Positions 58,195 to 64,000 of a stretch of DNA of 64,000 nt are shown in pieces. This DNA is from Vulcanimicrobiota bacterium (GTDB taxonomy: Bacteria > Vulcanimicrobiota > Vulcanimicrobiia > Vulcanimicrobiales > Vulcanimicrobiaceae). Every line of letters starts with the position of its first letter. Position 1 is the stretch's first letter. Under the pieces are notes generated by a model, which saw nothing but the letters and a program-made list of their open reading frames with translations, ran no database searches and was not told where the DNA came from. Made by a program: the position numbers and the translations under genes. The DNA is taken from positions 384,001 to 448,000 of the forward strand of contig CAVTCS010000003.1 of the NCBI GenBank assembly GCA_963733295.1. Direction: 5' to 3'.

Positions 58195-58861
58195 AGATGG
58201 TCTCGGGTTCTGGGACCACGCGGTGCGTCGTGTCCAGCAAAACCGGAGAGCCGGGCAGGTCTGCTCCCCAGCTCGCGCCGTCCGTTTTCGGAACGTGAAA
58301 CATCAAGTGCGAATGCCAGGGCCCGACCCCGTCGCCCAGATATTGGTTCTTCGACATCATATACGACATCGCGCCTGGCGCCGGCATTGGAAGTTCCTTC
58401 GCGGCGAACGCGGCTTTGATGCGCTCGAGCACCTGATCTTTGGGCAGTCCCGCCAATACCAGTTCGGTTCTCTTCAACGTATAGAGGAGAATCGATCGGG
58501 AGGCGGCCGGGTTGTAGCAGACCGGACCGCGCAGCTTCGGGTTCCAAAACTGCGTGGCGTCGAACGGACTCATCCAGCCTCGCTCGACGAGACACGTAAA
58601 ACCGTTCTTGCCCTCGTTCACGGTCTGATATCCGTGCCGTCCTAGGACCAGGATCGTGGCGTCGGCGGATATAGCCGCCGGCGCCGCGCTTCGCGCGAGC
58701 GCGATCTCCGCGGTCTGGTTTGCGATAAGGTATTGATCGATCCGTGCCATGCTAGGATAGAGCAACGTAGCGCCGCGCGCCTGCTGCTGCCAAGCCATAC
58801 TCAAGACAACAATCAGAGTAATGCCGGAAAACATAATCCGTCGGAACGCGTTTCGTTTCAT
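58133..58861 (-). CDS. Exported hypothetical protein
   Basis: Signal peptide, EIALARSAAP, NGFTCLV, SYMMS, WHSHLMF; GAGGGAG RBS before ATG 58861. Confidence 0.8.
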   Translation of the reverse strand: MKRNAFRRIMFSGITLIVVLSMAWQQQARGATLLYPSMARIDQYLIANQTAEIALARSAAPAAISADATILVLGRHGYQTVNEGKNGFTCLVERGWMSPFDATQFWNPKLRGPVCYNPAASRSILLYTLKRTELVLAGLPKDQVLERIKAAFAAKELPMPAPGAMSYMMSKNQYLGDGVGPWHSHLMFHVPKTDGASWGADLPGSPVLLDTTHRVVPEPETIFMVPVATWSDGTPAPPVTGM

Positions 58862-59028
58862 GGGCTGCTCCCTCGAATGCAACTGGTAATCGTCCGCCGC
58901 AAACGTTCGAATGCGTTCAGTTTACGATGGTTGTCTTTGCAAAGCAAGTATCGTTCATCGGCTTTTCCCGAATGAAAAATTACGGGCATTGGAGCCGAGC
59001 ACAGATTTAGAAATTTTGAGATGTTACG

Positions 59029-60267
59029 TCATGCCGGCAAAGAGCCCAGAAACGCGGCGAGCGTTTGCGGGTCCCAGGCGCCGGGGTCGCTTTGCGCGTA
59101 TGCGGTGACTGCTGCCACGACGTTTGCCGGCCCGACCTCCAACGCGTAGTGCATGGGGCCTCCACGCGCGGCCGGAAAACCGTAGCCGTTGACCCAGATC
59201 GTGTCGATGTCGCCGGGCGTTGCCGCGATACCGTCTCGCAGGATACGCGCGCCTTCGTTGACCAGGGCGTACACGCAGCGCTCGACGATCTCGCTGTCGT
59301 CAACCTGGCGTAGGGCGACACTGAGCCGGGCGCGTTCGCGCGCGAGGATCGGCTCGAGCGCGGCGTCGGGATGAGGCGTGCGATCGCCCGGCTCGTACCG
59401 GTAATAACCCCGCCCGGTTTTCTGACCGAGGCGCCCAGCCGCGACGAGCTCGTCGGAAACGTTCGTTAGGGTAAAAGGGAGCACGATTCCGCGAGCGCGG
59501 CGTTCTTCTTTGGCGCGGACACCGACGTCGATTCCCGCTAGGTCGGCGACGGCGAACGGTCCCATCGCGAATCCGAAGCGTTTGAGCGCTCCGTCGACTT
59601 GGTCCGGCGTGGCGCCCGCCAGCAGCAAGAACTCAGCCTGACGCCGGTACAATAGCAGCATCCGGTTCCCGACAAAACCGTCGCAATTTCCAACGACGAC
59701 GGGAACTTTCCCGAGCCGTTTTCCAAGCTCGACCGCGGTCGCGATCGACGCGGGCGACGTCCGCGCGCCTCGCACGATTTCGAGCAAGCGCATGACGTTG
59801 GCCGGGCTGAAGAAGTGCATGCCCAGGACGCGCTCGGGGAATGGCGCGGCATCCGCGATCGCGTCGACGTCGAGCGTCGAGGTATTGGTTGCGAGGAGCG
59901 CGTCGCGGCGGCAACGCGTTCCGAGCTCGGCGAAGATGCGGCGTTTGAGGTCGAGCGACTCGAACACCGCTTCGACGACGACGTCCGATGCGGCGAGCTC
60001 GTCCAAACTTTCGGCAAACTCGATCGTCTGCAAACGCGTCGCGACTTCGGCGGCGCTGAGGCGCCCTCTCGCGCGCGTTGCCTCGTAGTTGGCGAGGATG
60101 GTCGCGCGACCGCGTTCGAGCGCTTCGGGCAGCGCGTCGTACAAGCGAACCGCAATGCCGGAGTTGGCGAAGGTCATGGCGATTCCGCTTCCCATCGTAC
60201 CGGCGCCCACGACTCCGGCGCGCGCGATAGGAAAAGCGAGAGAGCCGGGAAAGTCGCTCTTAGACAC
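59029..60267 (-). CDS. 3-hydroxyacyl-CoA dehydrogenase
   Basis: [40 protein letters not shown]. Confidence 0.93.
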   Translation of the reverse strand: MSKSDFPGSLAFPIARAGVVGAGTMGSGIAMTFANSGIAVRLYDALPEALERGRATILANYEATRARGRLSAAEVATRLQTIEFAESLDELAASDVVVEAVFESLDLKRRIFAELGTRCRRDALLATNTSTLDVDAIADAAPFPERVLGMHFFSPANVMRLLEIVRGARTSPASIATAVELGKRLGKVPVVVGNCDGFVGNRMLLLYRRQAEFLLLAGATPDQVDGALKRFGFAMGPFAVADLAGIDVGVRAKEERRARGIVLPFTLTNVSDELVAAGRLGQKTGRGYYRYEPGDRTPHPDAALEPILARERARLSVALRQVDDSEIVERCVYALVNEGARILRDGIAATPGDIDTIWVNGYGFPAARGGPMHYALEVGPANVVAAVTAYAQSDPGAWDPQTLAAFLGSLPA

Positions 60268-60285
60268 GCGTCTGAGGTACGGTTC

Positions 60286-61530
60286 ATGTTAACCGAAGTC
60301 CGCCCTGAAGTTGCCGCGCTCCACGAGCGCCTCGAAACCTTCATGCGCGACGTCGTCGAACCCGGTGAGCTCGAGTACCACCGGCAACAAGCGGCCTTCA
60401 GCGACCGTTGGACCGTTCCGCCGGTGATGGAAGAAATGAAGGCGCAAGCGCGCGCGGCCGGACTTTGGAATCTCTGGTTGCCCGAGAGCGAATTCGGTGC
60501 TGGTTTGACCAATCGCGAGTACGCGCCGCTGTGCGAGACGATGGGCCGCTCGCACATCGCGCCGGAAGTCTTCAACTGCAGCGCGCCCGACACCGGCAAC
60601 ATGGAAGTCCTAGTGCGTTACGGCAGCGAAGCGCAGAAGCGGGAGTGGCTCGAGCCTTTGCTGGCGGGCAAAATTCGTTCCGGTTTCGCGATGACCGAGC
60701 CCGCGGTCGCTTCGTCCGACGCGACGAACATCGAAGCTCGCATCGTTCGCGAAGGCGACTCGTACCGGATCGACGGGCGCAAGTGGTGGACGAGCGGCGC
60801 GCTCGATCCGCGTTGCAAGATTCTGATCGTCATGGGAAAGACCGACCCGGCGGCACCGCGCCACTTGCAACAGTCGATGATCCTCGTACCGCTCGATACG
60901 CCCGGCGTGCGCGTCCTGCGTCCGCTGACCGTCTTCGGTTACGACGACGCGCCGCACGGACATGCCGAGGTGGACTTCAGCGACGTCCGCGTGCCGGCGG
61001 AGAACCTGCTCCTCGGCGAAGGGCGTGGTTTTGAGATCGCGCAAGGCCGGCTCGGACCCGGTCGGATCCACCATTGCATGCGTTCGATCGGTGCAGCCGA
61101 ACGCGCGCTGGGCGCAATGTGCGAGCGCGTGCAAAGCCGGGTTGCGTTCGGGAAGCCGTTGTCGCAACAGGGCGTTGTCGGCGAGTGGATCGCCGACTCG
61201 CGCATCGAGATCGATCAGGCGCGCCTTCTGACGTTGCATGCTGCCGATCTGATGGATCGTCATGGGAACAAGAGCGCGCGAGCGGCGATCGCCATGATCA
61301 AGGTCGTCGCACCGAACGTGCTCGCGCGCGTGGCGGACCGTGCCATCCAAGCGCACGGCGCGGCCGGCATCAGTGACGATTTCGGCTTAGCGTACCTGTA
61401 CGCCGCGGCGCGGACGCTGCGCCTGGCTGACGGTCCCGACGAAGTCCATCGTGCCGCAATCGCGAAAATCGAGCTGAGTAAGCATGCGCTGCCGGCCGCG
61501 GCAAACGGCCAAGCTACAGGTCGCTCCTAG
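60286..61530 (+). CDS. Acyl-CoA dehydrogenase (ACAD10/11-like)
   Basis: [47 protein letters not shown]. Confidence 0.94.
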   Translation: MLTEVRPEVAALHERLETFMRDVVEPGELEYHRQQAAFSDRWTVPPVMEEMKAQARAAGLWNLWLPESEFGAGLTNREYAPLCETMGRSHIAPEVFNCSAPDTGNMEVLVRYGSEAQKREWLEPLLAGKIRSGFAMTEPAVASSDATNIEARIVREGDSYRIDGRKWWTSGALDPRCKILIVMGKTDPAAPRHLQQSMILVPLDTPGVRVLRPLTVFGYDDAPHGHAEVDFSDVRVPAENLLLGEGRGFEIAQGRLGPGRIHHCMRSIGAAERALGAMCERVQSRVAFGKPLSQQGVVGEWIADSRIEIDQARLLTLHAADLMDRHGNKSARAAIAMIKVVAPNVLARVADRAIQAHGAAGISDDFGLAYLYAAARTLRLADGPDEVHRAAIAKIELSKHALPAAANGQATGRS

Positions 61531-61606
61531 AAGAAACACGCGCCGAACTTTCTGCGAATCTCCCAGAAAAGGATTAGCGAATGCCCGGCGGTGGAAACAT
61601 CGCGGT

Positions 61607-62125
61607 ATGTTGGCAGCAGCGTCTACGCGTGCACGTCTGGGTTGGGCCTTTCCCACGACGTTCGCGCTAGCAGTCGCGCTCGGCTTTGGCATCGGTGCCG
61701 CTTACGCGGCGAGTTCGACGCCCGCACCCAATACGGTGCTGGCACGTTTTTCGGGCGATCTGGATACGCGTACCGTGCGGCCGGGTCAAGAGTTGAGCCT
61801 CGAGATCGTGCCTCCATTCCCGAGTGGTGACGTCTCGTACGAGGGCGCGTCGGTTCGCGGTCACGTGGCTGGGGTTGTTCCACCGGCGCACGGGCACGGC
61901 GCCCGGTTGGCGCTTGCGTTTGACGAGATCCTCTTGCCGAGCGGCGCCGTCGCACCGATCGCCGGGCACGCGCGCGCGCGCGCCGGCTCCGGTATCATCG
62001 AAGGCAACATTTTCGGCCGATGGGTCGGTCTTACTCCCGTCGGACGTTCGGAGTTCATCGTGCAGCGCGGTTCGACCGTTCGCGTGCACGTCGATCAAAC
62101 CGCTACGCGCCCACCCCGCGACTAA
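61607..62125 (+). CDS. Exported hypothetical protein (TrbI/VirB10-like beta fold possible)
   Basis: Signal/TM segment; LDTRT..PGQ, GASVRGHV, LALAFDEI.LP.G pattern. Confidence 0.6.
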   Translation: MLAAASTRARLGWAFPTTFALAVALGFGIGAAYAASSTPAPNTVLARFSGDLDTRTVRPGQELSLEIVPPFPSGDVSYEGASVRGHVAGVVPPAHGHGARLALAFDEILLPSGAVAPIAGHARARAGSGIIEGNIFGRWVGLTPVGRSEFIVQRGSTVRVHVDQTATRPPRD

Positions 62126-62283
62126 AAGCAAAGTTCGTCGACGCCGCCGTTAACGCTCGTTAACGCTCGCGATAACGGCGTTTTCGTTCGCAAACGGTAA
62201 GTGTAGAGCGCGTCACAGGGCGGAAAGTGTTATGCTTTCCGGCACAGCGCTTTTGCCGTTCCGCTCAGAGAGAGGAGCTAGTT

Positions 62284-63870
62284 TTGCTTTTCAGCATGCG
62301 CGCGTTTCGACGCGTCTTTCCAGCCGCAGTTCTCGCAGGTGCCGCATCGGCACTCGTCCTGGCACTCACCGCACCCGTTGCGGCGCAATCCATTCCGGGA
62401 CCGCTCAAGGTAACGGACAGCGGTCCCAGCGGCGCCCCCGGTTACGCGATCAAAGGAATCACCGGCTTTGCGAACGACACCGGAGTTTTCGGTTACGGCA
62501 CCGTCGCCTCGAGCGCGATCAACATCGACGGCGTCGTGGGCTACGTTCAGACTCCACAATCGGTCGGTGTCGTCGGCTGGGCACAATCGACCGGAACCTC
62601 CGCCTACGGGCTGTACGGATACTCGGCCACCGGGCCCGGCGTCTACGGATTTAATAACGATGGAGGCGCGCCCTCGATCTACGGCTATTCGACCACCGCG
62701 AACGCAGTTGTCGGTTTAACGACCACGACGTCCGCCGCGGGAGGTTTCGCCGGCGTCACCGGCGCCGACAACTCGGCCATTCAGACGGGCGTGATCAACT
62801 ACGGCGTCGCGGGCGAGAGCATGAACGGCCATGGCGTGTACGCCCAGACGCAAGCGGCTATGAACGGAGCGGCCGCTGTCGAGGCCTTTGCGCCGAACGG
62901 CGCGTACGCGGTCGATGCGCATCAGCAGAACGGCGGCAACAGTGCCATTCACGGGCAGACCGACGGTGGCATCGCGGCCGGATTCTTCGAAGCGGAAGGC
63001 GTCGGTCCGGCGCGTGCCGGCTTGATCGCCGTTAACTACACCGACGGCGGGCAGGGCGCTATCGGACTGGACACCGGTGAGGGCGGAACGTTCAACGGTC
63101 AGTCCGGCGACGCCGCGCACCCCGTCCTCAGCGCGGTCGAAGCGGCCACCGGTACGTATCCCTTCGTCACGATTAACGAAGCGACGCTTGGGCCGGGCCC
63201 GAACAACGAAACCTTCATCATCAAGGACACCGTGAACGCGAGCACCCATGCCTTTTCGACCGGCAGCGACGTGCAGGTGAGCGGCGATCTGTACGTCAGC
63301 GGAATCGTCTACACGAAGTGCAACACGTTCCCGGCAACAGCGACGTCGCAGTGCACCGTCCCGGCCGGCGCGGAGCAGCGGACCTCGAGCGGAAATCGTC
63401 TTGCAACCTATCAGGCCAATCAGAGCCTGCCGACGATGGAGGACTTCGGCGAAGCGCAGATGGTCAACGGTCAAGCAGCGGTACCGTTGGAAGCGAAGTT
63501 CGCCTCGACGATCGACCGCGCGCGGTCCTATCTCGTTTTCATCACACCCGAAGGCGACTGCCACGGGATCTACGTGGCGAGCAAGTCAGCCAGCGGGTTC
63601 GTCGTCCGCGAGCTGATGAGCGGACACAGCACCCTCAGCTTTCAATACCGCATCGTAGCGCATCCCTACGGCGATGCATCGACGCGCCTCGCCTCGTTGT
63701 CGCAAGACAAGCGTCCCTCCGCGCACACCGGTCAATTACACTTCATAAACCCGCGCGTCTTGTCGCAACTCGAGGCGAAGGTCAACGCGCGCATGAGGCT
63801 TCATCGCGGCAACACGATCCGCCCGCTGCCGCAACGCCTGCCGCCGCCTGTCGTGCACGTCGCGAGGTGA
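62284..63870 (+). CDS. Secreted Gly-rich repeat protein with tail-fibre-like C-terminal domain
   Basis: AGGAG then TTG 62284 (alt ATG 62296); signal peptide; GVxG repeats; EDFGEAQMVNG...YLVFITPEGDC...GFVVRE...FQYRIVA. Confidence 0.7.
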   Translation: MLFSMRAFRRVFPAAVLAGAASALVLALTAPVAAQSIPGPLKVTDSGPSGAPGYAIKGITGFANDTGVFGYGTVASSAINIDGVVGYVQTPQSVGVVGWAQSTGTSAYGLYGYSATGPGVYGFNNDGGAPSIYGYSTTANAVVGLTTTTSAAGGFAGVTGADNSAIQTGVINYGVAGESMNGHGVYAQTQAAMNGAAAVEAFAPNGAYAVDAHQQNGGNSAIHGQTDGGIAAGFFEAEGVGPARAGLIAVNYTDGGQGAIGLDTGEGGTFNGQSGDAAHPVLSAVEAATGTYPFVTINEATLGPGPNNETFIIKDTVNASTHAFSTGSDVQVSGDLYVSGIVYTKCNTFPATATSQCTVPAGAEQRTSSGNRLATYQANQSLPTMEDFGEAQMVNGQAAVPLEAKFASTIDRARSYLVFITPEGDCHGIYVASKSASGFVVRELMSGHSTLSFQYRIVAHPYGDASTRLASLSQDKRPSAHTGQLHFINPRVLSQLEAKVNARMRLHRGNTIRPLPQRLPPPVVHVAR

Positions 63871-63876
63871 GACGAA

Positions 63877-64000
63877 CTATCGGACGGGCCACTCACCTAC
63901 CGTCATCGCGTAGAGGGCGATGTCGCGGAAGCGGCCATGCAAGAGGTACGCTTCCCGGAGGATGCCTTCTTGAACGTAGCCGAGGCGCTCGGCGACCGCG
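63877..64000 (-). CDS. GNAT N-acetyltransferase (RimJ/RimL-like), C-terminal fragment
   Basis: Minus-strand frame AVAERLGYVQEGILREAYLLHGRFRDIALYAM...*; runs off the window. Confidence 0.75.
   Translation of the reverse strand, partial: AVAERLGYVQEGILREAYLLHGRFRDIALYAMTVGEWPVR

Noticed and set aside
61607..62125. Type IV secretion/conjugation system
   Set aside because: Only a vague VirB10-like resemblance; no other T4SS genes nearby
62126..62283. Possible riboswitch (hairpins gccgtta/taacggc and cggaaag/ctttccg, cgttaacgct duplication)
   Set aside because: No recognisable aptamer consensus; compatible with a weak terminator plus promoter. An Rfam scan would settle it

Overview
GC-rich (roughly two-thirds GC by eye), very compact bacterial chromosomal region with about 55 protein-coding genes. 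I saw no rRNA, tRNA, CRISPR array, integrase or intact transposase. Gene style suggests a soil Terrabacteria-type organism, possibly Eremiobacterota/WPS-2, but that is an unverified impression. Main content: (1) a long + strand run of Crp/Fnr, redoxin, folP, prolyl oligopeptidase, a FolK-GTP cyclohydrolase (FolE2/MptA) fusion, a GH1-like hydrolase and a glycosyltransferase; (2) hemL, a DUF1858-Mrp fusion, a GH44 lipoprotein, and ilvE with a Leu/Val/Ile leader-peptide attenuator; (3) an ABC-2 exporter whose second permease is displaced by a 5.7 kb block; (4) a cell-envelope cluster (phosphoesterase, two CE4 deacetylases, two NAGPA-like proteins) containing a 161 bp element bounded by 28 bp inverted repeats; (5) a 73 aa histone-H1-like Lys/Arg protein; (6) a fatty-acid degradation/glyoxylate cluster with aceA. 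The strongest leads are the unusual pterin module (FolK-MptA fusion plus a DHPS lacking the STRPG loop), the IR-flanked element, the histone-like protein, the ilvE attenuator, and recurring apparent non-canonical (CTG/ATA) starts coupled to upstream stop codons. All product calls come from motif recognition by eye; no database searches were run.
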